Assembly (NCBI GenBank): GCA_036172245.1
Contig: JAYWIR010000028.1
Span: forward strand, 992,001-1,056,000
Reading direction: 5' to 3'
DNA: 64,000 bases
Source of the DNA: Raillietiella orientalis
Taxonomy: Eukaryota
This document shows positions 10,817-23,300 of the stretch, one piece after another. Each line of letters begins with the position of its first letter. The stretch's first letter is position 1. Position numbers and translations under genes: made by a program. The notes beneath the pieces are model-generated. The model saw only the letters and a list, made by a program, of their open reading frames with translations, searched no databases and was not told where the DNA came from.

Positions 10817-13800
10817 GTGAGTGAATTTTTTCCCTTCAGTGAATTTGCTCGCGTCCACGGAGGTTGCATCAACAGATCGCAGGACCAGTTAACCATTGGT
10901 CCAGTCGGCCATTTGAGAGTATTTGGGAGCTTTCGTTTTTGTTTTTTTAATCGAAAACGATCCGGGCTCCGGGGGACGGGGACAAAGGGAGGGTTGATGG
11001 TAGTTCGCCTCGGACAGCCCCTCCGTTTATCCCCGTATACCAGTGTTTTGTTCGCAGCTGGGGATGGGCCGTGGTTTCGAGACGCAGAGAGAGACCAGCT
11101 ACAGAGCTTTGTTCTGGTGGTTTCTGAGACGGGCGTGTGTGTTCTTCAAGCGCCGTGTTCCTATGGGGATAACCATTCCATAAACCCCTCGGAGCAGTGG
11201 ACACTCGACTGTCCCGCCAAAGTGTGTGCTCACTAAGATACAGAAAATGCTCGCAGTCGAGAGTATGTAGGAGCGCCAGACGCGCCCCGAAGAATGTTGG
11301 GGGATACGTGTAAATGTTTTCATTTGTGGCCTTCAAGTGGTGACTCGAAATGGATTTCCGAAACCGCTGTCGGCTGTTTGCGAAAGCTGTGTCGCCATGT
11401 GCCCGAGAATTCCCGCTCCTTAGGAGACTCATTTTCCGAGTCTCCGTGGAAGGAAAGCTTGCAAGAGTTGGGAAATGATCCAGCGCCGGGGACCCCTCGG
11501 TTTATGGCTCAATATCTCCAGGAATGCTCCAGAAATTCTCATTGCGTGTGAAGAAATGCGGCGCGACCGGTTGCGTGGCAACGACGACGCAGATGAAACT
11601 TTCCATCCGTTTCAACGTGCCCGGTCGCCGGACCTGGGAGCTTCCGTGAACGGATTGCCGCGGTCTCCCTCGAACCCGCTCGTGGGCGGATTTATCGAAA
11701 GCTCCATCGCGGTTCAGTCGCCGATCGGTTCCACTCGATGCCAGAGGGAACGAGTGGAGCAAGTGTTTGTTTACTTCCTCTCAACCCTTGCACGTGGAGC
11801 ACGTGAAGTATCAGGGAAAGTGAGAGCGCCTGCGTTCCTCCTGTGAACCCGTGGACGCACGTGAAAACGAGGGCGTTTTCGTCCGGCAGGTCGGCGCACA
11901 TCACCGCGGAAACGGCATCGGGTCATGCGTCCGAGGCACGTCCGCTTCACTCCGAGAAAGAAGAGAAAAAGTGCAAATTCGTAAGAACAAAGGCGGTCGG
12001 TATAATGCATGTAGGGAATTCTCACCGGTCTCTTTAAATCCGGATTGTTATCTGCCTCCGACTGATAAAGATGATGCAACGATTCGCATAAAAGATTCCT
12101 TGCTCGTAACGGAGTAAAAGTGGGGATTAAGCAGTTGTCAGGTATCCAACATCCACTTAAGCTGTCGGCGATTGATCATTAGGCAGGACTTCAGTGACAA
12201 CGGACTTTCAGATTCCGCAAACAACGCCTGACAGTTCAGGGTTGCCCGTGCTGGGAAATGAGAGAATTATCCGTTGCTAACGGCAGTCCAGTTTTCACAA
12301 ATTGATTTAATAAGGAAACTTTCTCGTCGCCTTGACCTTCCGAGTCCTCAGCTTTCGGGCCTCGCTTTCATCGGGCGTGTGCATCCTCTCAGCCGTAGCT
12401 TAATTTCGTCTGCGCACATCCGACTTTTTCTCAGAGGCATCTCGGAGCCAAGCACCAGTCATACCAAGAACCCCTGCTGCTACTCAAACAAACAGGTCTC
12501 ATACCTTTCCATTGATGATGTTTTGCTAGTTACGTACAGTCTTTTTTGTTTTATATATACATATATATCCAAGATGCAGCCTCCTGCTACTACACGTCAA
12601 ACCCAGTTGACGTTGCCATCTTGCTTGCTGATCGGCAGCACGAATTGATCATGTGCTTCGCTGTGCTCTCGTTTGCGGGCGGCCATTTGAGTTTTGGTTG
12701 CACGTGCAAAGTTTCCCGTTGCAGACAACTCGTTTCCACAGAAAAAGTTCCTTCTGCGAGATGCTTCCTTTCGCGGAAAACTTATCAGCCGCTCGGCGGT
12801 CCCCGCGGTTATCAAAACGTAAACACGGATGCTCCTTTGTTTATTGCTTTCTTCGATAATCTTTCCCCCCAAAGTGCAACCCGGGGTTTCTCGACCGGGG
12901 GAAGAAATGGATAACCCGAGGAGAAAATGGTGGCACGCCTTCGTCTCGCTTTCACATCACCCGGGGCCCCCGTCGCAGGAACGCGCGCAAACTAAACATT
13001 CACCCGCATCCCCGTGCTTCTTCCGCTCCAGCACCGATCCTCCGGCAGTCGGTGAAGATTGCTGGGAACGGAAACGAGCGAGCCGGCCAAGTGGTCCGGA
13101 CGGAACTCCCGAAGCTCCAGGAACGTCTCCGGTTATTCGAAATGGAACCCCCCCCCCCCTTCAGGATCCATCCTCGAAACCAAGTAGATCAGCCGGTGGG
13201 AGGATTCTTCTTCGTTGCTAAGCAGCGCCGCGATCGTCTTCTGCGGAAACGGCGCAATGCAAATCTGCGTGCCTTCAAGTTCGGTCGTAAAGTCGTCGTC
13301 CGTCAGCGCGTCACATTCTGTCAATCGCAGCATTTCGCGCGTCGAATATTCCGCTCAGCTCCGGAAACCGCAAAAGAGAAAGAAAAAAAAAAAGGAACAA
13401 AAAAGAAAAAAATCTGGAACCTTCGCCGTAAAGAAGTCTTTTGCTGCTCGTTGCCCACTATCGGCGCGTGAATCGCATTTCGATACGGAATGGTCTTTTT
13501 TTTTTTTTTTTTTCTTCCTTTCTTTTCCCCCATTGAGCTCAGATAAAGTACACAGCAGGCAATGACTCTTTTCCCGGCAATCAATGAGTGCCAGCTATTA
13601 AAACATCCAGAGCAAAGATGTGGATTTCTAGCAGTCACGCCCGGGGAAGTCGTGTTCCCACTGATAACACTTTGTGAAAATATTTGGAAAATTTTTGCAA
13701 AAGTCAACTTCCAGCCAGTTCACGTGAGATGAATTTATCACGACCTGCTGACAGTTATTTCCGGGACGAACTCGTTGTCCTCTAAACAGCGTGTCTGCGA

Positions 13801-13921
13801 AATCGTTGATAAACAGGACGCATTCAGATTAAACATGCGAGATATGTAGGATTTTCCGTGTAAACATTTTGCCTGTTGCTACGAAAGATGTTGGATCCCT
13901 TTTCCCTGTGTGCATACTCAG

Positions 13922-14040
13922 TTGCCATTTCGCGTTGGTGCCTCTTTCTGACTGGCATCCACCCCGACCGCCTCCTCGTCCACGCATTGCATGGATGAAT
14001 GAAGCGAAGCTGCAAGGAGCCGACCGATCGTTACGTCATC
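13922..14040 (+). repeat. Diverged direct repeat, copy 1 (copy 2 at about 15736-15846)
   Basis: Both copies share TTGCCATTTCGCGTTGGTGCCTCTTTCT..TGGCATCCAC...CCTCGTCC.CGCA..GC.TGGATGAA...GCGAA.CTGCAAGGA.CC.ACCGATCG.TACGTCAT. Weaker similarity extends about 60 bp upstream. Confidence 0.9.
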
Positions 14041-15252
14041 AATGCAAAGTCGCATTCCGATCGGGACATCGGCGGCACCGTGAAACCCGCCAGCGCCACT
14101 CCTGGCGCAGAAACGTTCGATCCAAGGACCACGCGTCGGACGGAATCAGCAACGTCTTCCGCGAAAGCGCGCGCAGAGGTCGGAGGAACGCATAGCGAGG
14201 GACCATCCGGATGGGACGCTGGGGAAGGAAGCTCCTCCCGTCTCCTGCACGACGGTTCGCCACCGCGCTCTACGGAAAATGCGAGCGCCACCGACATGCA
14301 AACGGAAGTGCCCTTGTTTGCAGTGGTCTCATCCCACCGGATCTGCAGATGGGAATCAAACACGAACTTCCAGCGGCGCCGCTCGGTTCCGCAGACCTCG
14401 GTTTGCAGTCGCTGCTCAGCAAACACGGAGCTTTCGTGTGCCGAGTAAACGCGTGGGCAGCCGTGATTGCGAATGATGAATGGAAAACGACGAAATTTCG
14501 GAAACTCAAGGCTGAAATGCTAAAGGGCATGTGTGCCCGTGAAGCTTCCGGGACTTCTTCGTGCTGTGGATAATCAGCCACCTGCCAGCAGAGCCAACTT
14601 CAGAGTGTGTGTTTTCAGAAAAGCCCTTCAAGCCTCGGTCCCGAGCGGTCCTCTTGTGAAGGAGGCAATAGGAAGGAACAGCTGTTTGTCTCCTCCGCGG
14701 TGCCGGGATGGCTCGCATCGAGATAAACTTCCATCCCCAGATCGGAAGTAAAAGGAATTCCGCTGCAGCACCGCGGAAACCCATGCCTTGTTGAAGATCG
14801 CAACAGTCTGCAATACTTCATCGGCAGAATCTTCGCTCGAAACGCAAAAGGTGTTTCTCAGTCGGTGCTTGTTGTTTCATAATTCGTGCTGTTGGCTGTT
14901 GTTGTCGAAGCAGACCTGACGTCGACTGCACTCTTTTGTAGAGAGCAGGCAGCAGCTCCTGCGCGCTTCTGTCTCCATAGAAACGCCCGCCAGTTCTGCG
15001 ATAAGTTTTTCCCACCCGCAAGCACTTGGTGGAAGAGAGGAGAGCGTGGTGGTGGTCCCCTCTGCGGTTTCCCATCACGTGAACGGTCCGATCCTGGATG
15101 CTGCGCTGTCAGATCTTGAGCTTTCTTCTTGTCGAGGTGAGAGCGAGCGGGGAGACGATGCCAAGCGGCCAGTCGACTTCTTAAGGAGGAATTCGTGCCC
15201 GCAAGAACAGCTCGCTCCTTCGCGAGTGCTTCCCGAGACGCTTCCAGGATAG

Positions 15253-15254
<2 letters not shown>

Positions 15255-15296
<42 letters not shown>
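15255..15296. repeat. (TA)n microsatellite
   Basis: Long run of alternating AT, directly visible, with TATG variants at the 3' end. Confidence 0.95.
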
Positions 15297-15735
15297 ATTT
15301 ATTTATTTTTTCTTTCAATTTTCGCCGGTTGAAGCAGCAGCAGGAAGAGAGAGAACTCTTCATCGGCTCAGCCTCCTTTGGACTGACGTGGTTTGTACAC
15401 AACGTATTTTCCTCCGGGGATAGCGTAATGGAATCTTTGAATGTGATGGAATTATAGGGTTTTCGGTCGACTCGCTGCCCGTCATGTCGGAACGGCAGCC
15501 AAGAGCTGCGGTATTTATTTTCGGCAAACTTCGCAACCGTCGCTGCAAAACCGTAGCCGTGCTCCAAGGGATTCGTGCTGTGATGGGATGATCACATGCG
15601 CTTCCGAATGGATTCAGCTTGGATGCCGATCTCTCGGAAAAAAGACTGAAACGTGGGGACGATAGATTCCATCCGAAATGCTTTCTCCTGTGGAACGAAA
15701 CTTTTCGATTTCGGATTCCGTTTCCGCCCAGGGAA

Positions 15736-15846
15736 TTGCCATTTCGCGTTGGTGCCTCTTTCTAATTGGCATCCACATTTACCCCTCGTCCGCGCACCGC
15801 GTGGATGAAGCGAAACTGCAAGGAACCAACCGATCGCTACGTCATG
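15736..15846 (+). repeat. Diverged direct repeat, copy 2 (copy 1 at about 13922-14040)
   Basis: 28 consecutive identical bases with copy 1 (TTGCCATTTCGCGTTGGTGCCTCTTTCT), followed by collinear similarity. Confidence 0.9.
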
Positions 15847-18800
15847 AACTGCGTAGTAGGAAGTGTGGGATCCGCTGTACGAAACGCCAGGCACTTGTCT
15901 TCTTCCACCCTTTTCCCATTATTATTGGTCCAGAGACCCATTGCTAGGTGATTCATCTTCGGCTGGTTAGTCATGCAGGTTCCTAATCGATTCCCTGGTA
16001 ATGCTGTTCGGGAGTCTCTCCATCGTGGTCTGCGCCGCGCGGCTGTCGTCCTGAGAACGCCGTTCGTGCATTGCATGCGCCCATTTGGGCGAACGTTCGG
16101 AGACTGCGATGGATGGCGTTTTTTCTTGATTTTACCTTTTTTTTGAGGGGGGGGGGGGTTTGCTTGTTTTTCTTTTTCTGTGCTGATAGTTGCATTCTCT
16201 GGCTGCACCAGAAACCCTTTTTTTTTTCTTCTTTTTCTTCTTCAGAAAAAGCGCCACTACGTTCCCCCCCTGGGCGCTGGGACAGTTGAGAAATGCCAAC
16301 CGGTCCTGTTCACCAGTTTTCGTTCCGTTCCCCGTCCTCCGAGGGAAATTTCGAGGAGAAAGAGAGAAATGTTTTTCGGGGGGAAATTAGGACGGGTCTC
16401 TTCGCTGGACCCTTGCAGTTTTGCGGAATCCACGATCAGCAGAGCGACTCACGAGAGTGGCAATGGAGGATTCCGAGTGTGGTGTTGCAGGGACGCTTTG
16501 CATGTGCCGTCAGTGCTCCTAGTGAGATCCCTGATGAGCGTAGGCCGTCGCCTATGGTTACGTAGAAGCCCGGCGCATCTCCTCCGTTTGGAAGATCGCA
16601 TCCTTGTGCTACGGAGGACGAAGAGCACACACGTAAGCGTGTGTTTCCCCTTCGGGCAGTATTCCTTCTTGCGCGCGAACATCCCACGCCGAAGCAGTGC
16701 GGATTCCAGAAGCTCTTCCCAGCAGAGAGGAGCTTCTTGTGACCAGGCCGACAAGAAGCGGACGCCAGAGCTCCCGCCGCAAACGGTGAAAATGTTGAGA
16801 GGATCAAGGAGCAGGCGTGAGGGAACCTCAAGAAGGGAGCGGCCCGCTCGAATGTCCAGCATTTCCGGAATGCGTACCGAAAACATCCGGATGCGTCTTC
16901 ATGCGAGTAAGTTCAAAATCTCGAGACCGTATCGAGAGGGAGACGATGGGAACCCCATCCGGTTGAACTCCCTCTTCCCGAAGGCTGATGTGATGAGCTG
17001 AGATTCCGAGCAAAACCTCGGCCTGCCCTCCTTGGTCAGCCACCGGCCATGCTCGCGTGCTCAGCACCGAAAAGTGCGAATCACAGGAAAGGAATTCCTG
17101 GCATGGCGACTGCACGCCGATCTCGTGTCGGAGCGGTTTTAATGTTGGGGATGTTTCTGCGTTTGTGGAGAGACGCGGATGCACCACCGGACGCCAAGCA
17201 GAGTTGCCGCTCGGAAGGGCGAGTTGTTGATGGCCACTCAGCGTGTGACCTGGAAAGAGTTGCTGGAGAGCGGGAAAGAGATGAAAGCGCCCGCTTGTTG
17301 GTTGCCTAGGAGACAACTAGGAGAACGGGGGGATCCAAACCCCGTTCTGGTCGCCGAGTGCAGGCAATTCGGATCCAGCATCGCTCGAGAAAAAGACGCG
17401 TTTCCTAGCCTGTCACGGTTGCGAGGCACGTATCCCGGGCTCTCTTGTCGCTTCCTCCCTTCCTCTTCTGTTGACACGTTCCGCGCTGCTAGGATCTTTC
17501 TGGAACCCTTGCGGTCTTGCAGAAACGAAGCAGTTTCTGCTGCGGCAAAAAAACAGTTTCTTGAAGGTGTTGAAAGTGTTGATGCCCAGCGTCAAAAGAA
17601 AGCTCTCTTTTTAATGCGTGGGTTCCAGACGTAAAAGTGGAGGTGCGCACTCAACACGAGCTTCGTTCAGTTCGGGAGAACAAGGACCTCAGTAAATTTG
17701 GAATCAGGAACACGCCAAGCGCCGGGCGAAAGAACCCGTCGGTCCTCATGAACGCCGGCACCGTTCTCACAAGATGGATTCCAGGAGTGAACGGGAATGG
17801 ATCCTTCCTTTTCCCATGACCCAGCTAGGCCATGGATGCATTTTCACAATCGTTCTTGCAAAGTGGCTGCGCCAATTCGTCGTTCCTTTCTAATGCCTAC
17901 AGGAATCTTTGAAATGCGTCACCTCCTCAACCTCATCTCGGTGGAGAGGTCATCATTTACGGAGAGTCCCCAGAGGATCGATGGTCGTGCTTTCTCCGGC
18001 GTGCGCAGCTAGAAACCCCCCAGGCGAGATCTAGGATCTGAGATTTTTCGAAGTACCCCACACTCTTTGCTTACACTCGCACCCCTTCTCTTTCAAGAGC
18101 GCCCATCTCGTAAGGAGGAAAGCTAGAAATCTGCTAGAAATCAGCACTTCCAAAAAACGGAAGAACACGTGAGGTGCGCGCTTCAGTGGTGTCGAACATC
18201 CCCGTCCGCTTCGCTTGTTGCTGCCGAACCTCCGGCGTCGCACCGGGTGCACGTTCCGGAGTGGTGAGAGCACGGGGGCCGCCTCGATAGTGGTCGTGCG
18301 CCGAGCCCACCTGCGCGCGCTCCGGTAACCATCAGCTCGGTCGCTCGGCATTTCCTTTGAAAATCCAGCCTCCCACGTGACTGACGGCCTTTTCTGCTCA
18401 ATTCCTCGGGTGCACCGCCGGTTCTCTCGTCGCTCTCGAACCCACTTTCCCCAACAGGGAAGAGTTGGTCTCCCGACCCGCCTGCCCGGTAAAGACGAGT
18501 CCCGGAGTTCCGACGGAGCCGTGGCTGCTGCCGGGCCGTGCCGCAGACCCCTCGTTTTCGTTCCACGACTGGCGCGCGTTTGCGTCAGACGCCGACGTGC
18601 CGTCTCGTAACGCTCGTGGCCTGCCGCCCCGCGTGCCCGTCGTGTCGTTCGCATCGCTCTCTCTCTCTGCCCGTCCTTCCCTTTTGACCCGTCTGGTCCG
18701 TCGAATCGAGTCCGGGCACAAGCCCTACATTTCATTTCCCCTCATCCCGCTTCTCTTTTTGCGTCTCTCTCTTTTGGAGGGGGGACCTTTTTCGCGGACC

Positions 18801-19454
18801 TTTCTCTCGGAAGACACCCTGCTTGCGCCCTCCCGGTAAAGCGCAGAAAATCATCACTTGCATAGACAAGCTCGAGCCGAGATGAGGGCAAGCAGCACCT
18901 CTCGTTGCCTGCTTTCCCCCCCTCCCCTACTTTCCCCCCCCGGCAGACACGAGCTGCAACGCTGGCGTCCCCACCGCCGAGTCCGAAGATGCGGTTCGCT
19001 TGCGGTCGGTTTTCTCCCCCGGGGGGAGGTAGGAAGACCTTCCGAATCCGTAGAATGGACTTCCTGCTGTCGCTTGCAGAGCCTTCCGGATCCACGCGCC
19101 ATCTACTCAGGGCGCGTTTCCGAGGAGGAGCGGTCCGGGAGCGTTCGCTCGGAAGAGATCAAGGCGCTGGCAGAGATCACCGTTCTCTGACCGTGTCGGA
19201 TAAGAGCGTTCCGGGAATCTCCTCCAAGATAAGGCGGACCAGACAGCTCTGTTTTCTCGGATCTCATCGAGGCAGTGCATCTCCAGCAGTGGGCGTTTCT
19301 CTGAGACCGAGGATTCCGCGATGCGTCTTCGCCAGTGCTGCGTCTCGACCTCTCGACTCGACGACAGTCCCGCTCCCGTCTGAAGTGCTCTCTGCCGTGC
19401 TTTGTCGTCCAGCCGGGTGGTACCGTTTGCCTCCTTAGGGAGGGCTCACAGAGG

Positions 19455-20005
19455 TTTTTTTTTTTTTTTTTTTTTTTAAACACTGTCCATGCCGCCCGAG
19501 GGTGCGTGTAACTCTTCAAGATAGGGGAGGGTACCCCGGAGGGACTCCCGGACAGGATTCGCTCCTGGTTTCCACCTCTGAAGAGAGTTCCGAAGAGACA
19601 CTTCATAATTTCTCTCGGAGAGCGCGCTTTTCTAAAGGAGCAGCGCGCTTCTGACACTCTGGAGAAGCGACCTCCCGAGGGTGGTATCAACCGGCTCTGA
19701 GGTGCTACGCGATGGAAGGCTCTCTCCCCTGAGGGGAGGAGGAACGGCTCCGTCTTCACAACCGGAGGATAACCCCGAGGATGGGATAACCTTTACTTCT
19801 GGAAGGACCCTGGAGGGTCCGCTTCCAATACTGGTCAATCAACGGGGCCATCTACCCGAATGGGCCAACCAGCGTCATCCTGCAGGAGGGAGGGGGGGGG
19901 GGGAGATTGGAAACCCTCGACGCACCCCCCATTTCTTGGCGTCGATCCTTCCCCGGATGGGGTTCGAACCCGCGATGCTTGGTGTCACTTGCGGAGACCA
20001 CCATC
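19455..20005 (-). mobile_element. tRNA-derived SINE-like element, shorter copy with poly(A) tail
   Basis: On the - strand: Pol III B-box GGTTCGAACCC (19960-19970) at the 5' end and an A23 tail (T-run 19455-19477 on +) at the 3' end. Collinear homology along its length with 54862-55716 (TTCGAACCCGCGA.GC.TGGTG.CAC..GCGGA; CTGGAAGGACCC; CGCTCCTG...CCTCTGAAGAGA; GCGTGTAA.TCTTCA.GATAGGG). The A-box appears missing or degraded. Confidence 0.78.
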
Positions 20006-20289
20006 TTCTTTTTTTCCTTTCTTTACTGAAATCTGTGTCGGTCTGTGTCCCTTGGTGGTGTTGAGGCACATTGCCGGTTGGACAGCCTCCTCCGCTCAGC
20101 GATCGCAGGCTCCGGACGCCGTCGGGTTGAGCTGGCAGGAGCCGGGCGCACATCCCCAAACCATTATTTCCCCCGGTGGGAATCCGTCCGGGAGCGCTCT
20201 GTCAAGGGAGAATGCGAAAGGCTGATTGGTTGTTGTTGTTGCCCTTCCGTAACCGGAATGAATAAGCACGGGAATTTTTCTCTTTCCAG

Positions 20290-20361
20290 GAGAATATCAG
20301 GGAATCGCCTGATGCAGGTTCCGGACCACATTTTCAGCAGCCTCCTCCTGCTCTACCGAGT
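20290..20361 (+). CDS. slit: Slit D1 LRR exon (third LRR): (L)RISGNRLMQVPDHIFSSLLLLYR(V)
   Basis: Acceptor tttttctctttccAG (AG 20288-20289), donor GTGAGT at 20362, 72 nt, phase 2-2. Fits the Slit third LRR pattern RLxxNxLxxxPxxxFxxxxxLxRL, though more diverged than its neighbours. Confidence 0.92.
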
Positions 20362-23300
20362 GTGAGTATCGCCTCCACGCGCAGAACCTTTTCCGTGGAA
20401 TATAAGAAGCGCGCTCTTTTCGGAGGCAGGCTAATTGCAACGGCCCATCAGAGAGCCATAAACCCAGGGTTCGAAAGCATCGCGGAGGGAACGCCGGGGC
20501 GCGCGATCCTGCGAATTGCAAGATGGCGCTTCTCCCCGGTGAACTCTTGCCGCATCCGCTTCGTGTTCCGCCCGGTTCCTCTCTGCAGCTTCGTTTTCCC
20601 ATTAAGGCGCTGCTGAATTCGCAGATTAGCGGCACCACCTCAAGAAGTGAATTCGCCTCGTCTGCGTGCGCGCGAAGACGAACGAATCCACACTTCTCCG
20701 CAGCATCCCGTTGCGGGTCGGCGGAACAAGGGGGAAGGGATCTTTGGGAATTTCATCTGTTTTCGAAGACGCGGAGACGAATCGTGGAAATTGTGGAAGA
20801 GGGTTGTCCTTGAAACTCCAAATTGGCACGCGCAGGTGCTTCGAGGTTTGGCTTGCAGCTCGCTCGAGCGACGTGTCAGCCGCGAAATTCGGAGACCCGA
20901 CCGCGGGGCGGCGCTGGCGGCGGCCTCGGAGGGAACATGGCACCGGACCTGGCGCGACGCATCCTTTGCCGCAGTCTCTCTCGAAGGAAGCCCCGAAGGA
21001 TCGTCGGGTCTCGGCGGGCGCCCTCCAAGACTGCTCTCCCAAGTCGGCTCCCGATTGAAAACCTTTCCGCTCGTCGCCAACAGCCCGCCTCTCTCGACAG
21101 ACACCGTCTTCCGTTCTGCTGACGCAGCTGTTCCGGTCGTTGACGGTCGAGGCTTTCTACCCGAAGAACTTCGCCCTCCTCTTCTGTTTACAGTTTACGA
21201 CTTATTCAAAAGGCAGTTACGTGTTAAGGCTTATTGATTATGGACTTCCGCATGCTCCGTGGGCAGCCCCTCTCAAAAAGCAAAAAACCGATCGCCATCG
21301 CACCTCAGAAAAACCGCGTAAAATGTACTGCCAGGTGACCTCGAAGTTTTATGGTGCATCTCGTTTTTGCCTCCTTTCAAAATGCTTCTGTGTTTACTCG
21401 TTCCAAGTGCATGCGCTTTTTTTCCGGCCTTGATCGGGTTTTTCGACCGGGAATCCAGCGTTTCGCACGGGACGATGCTCTTGCTGTTTTGCCCACCTTC
21501 CTGTGGTTGCGCGCAAGAAAACATGGGGTGAGCCACCGCGTGGAATGCAGCTTTGGGGCGAAATGCAGCCGGGTACTTGAGGTGGGCTGGTTTTAAGCTG
21601 CTGCAAATGCTCGAGGAACAAAAAAGTGACCCCGACCAATTTCGAGATGATCGCAATAAAGTCAACGGGATCGCAACTGAAACCCTTGCGCCGCGATCTT
21701 CGCCCTCGTGCGTTCGGATTCCCAGCTGCTGTTGCGCCTTGTGGTCCTTCGATGATCCTTCGCTGCTTCCGAAGAACTCAAAATCGCTCTTAAAAGTCTC
21801 GTTCTACGGACTGGCACCCAGCATCGTGACGTCACCGTGCGCGATTAGCATGGCGGCCCACAATGCAGTTCAAAAACACGGATGGGAGGGGGGAGAGCGA
21901 TTAAAAAGCGGCCCATCGGCTTTCCTTGGAAGCGCGGCCAGACGTGAAGCAGAGTGGTTTTGAGTCGCCCACCCTTCGCGATTTCCCCTCTCTGGGAGCA
22001 CGTTGTGGCAGTCCCGCTGACATGCTCATCTTTGACTGAGAGATGCATTCCGGAGGCTGCGGAACCATGTTCCCCAGTTTCGTAGACGTGGTCTACTCCG
22101 TGCTCGGATGCGACCACGGATTTCACTTCTCTCCCGCGCCGTTCCTTTCCGGAAACGGCACCAGCTTCCGGCCGCCGGGTGGTAGCAGGCGCCACGTTTC
22201 GCGCGCGCTACAAAGTGGCGCGCACCTGACTTCTTCGGACCGAGGTGAACGTGAGTGGCTGTTGTCGAATCCATCAGCTCCGCTCATCTTCTTATGCCAT
22301 CAATCTGAACTTCCTTACCCCACTGACGGCCTGCGCTCCATGTGCTGCCCTTCGAGACCGAGAACGAAGTTTTTCGTGCTCACCGCACTCCGAGGTGCAT
22401 GCATGAGGAACGAACCCATCTATCGGCAGCACGCGTGCTCTTGTAAGCACAGCAACTTCTGCTTACCCTTCCATGCGTTTACTTCGAGTGCTATAAATAA
22501 AAGCGCAGCTTCCGAGGTTTCGGCTGCAAAGGCTCGGACTTCATTCGCGACTTTTCGAAAATCTCTCCAGCAGCAACTCGAGGCAAACAGCTCGCGGTGA
22601 GACGTTGCTTTGCACGAGTGGGACGCACCTAGCCAATTAAGGATAACATTTAGCTGAGCACCCATTCCGGTGCAGCCTCCGTACTCGGAGCCATTTAAAG
22701 GTATTCAGGACCCTGAAAAGAAGCGAGGCATAAGTCTTCCATCCATGTACCTAAGCACTGATGGCAGCAGCAGCAACAGCCGGATACCCACATAAATTTT
22801 ACGCATCACTGAGTTCTTTATTTTCATCTAATGAGTCGTTGATGCTGCTCCGCTGCTGGAGCTTCGTTTGGGAGATTCAGCTCTCTGGAGGCGAAGTGGC
22901 GCCCTCGGGAAGAGGAGGGTTTTCCTTTTTTGTTCCGCGAAATTTGGACCAGGGGACCGTTCCTTATTTGCAGGTGCTCTCGCACAAGTGGGCGAAAGAG
23001 TTTCCGGTGGGCAGTTGCTGATCCTTGCTGAGAAGGGTCGATCTCTTTTCCTGCGTCTGGAGCGGAGGCGTTTCGTGGGTGAACGGATGGGCGAAGCGAG
23101 CATTTCCCATTCATCGGTCGGCAGGGATACGTCCCGCAGGTGGCACGGCCATCCCCGCGGGCCGAGAAGGCAAAGTTCCGGACGCGGTGCCCAACGACGC
23201 GTCGCGCACAGGGCGCTACATTGCAGTAAATAGGGGCATTTGAGGAGGGTGGCAGTCGGTGTCCGGGTTCGAGAGTATCTGGTTGGCAGAAGGGATAACG

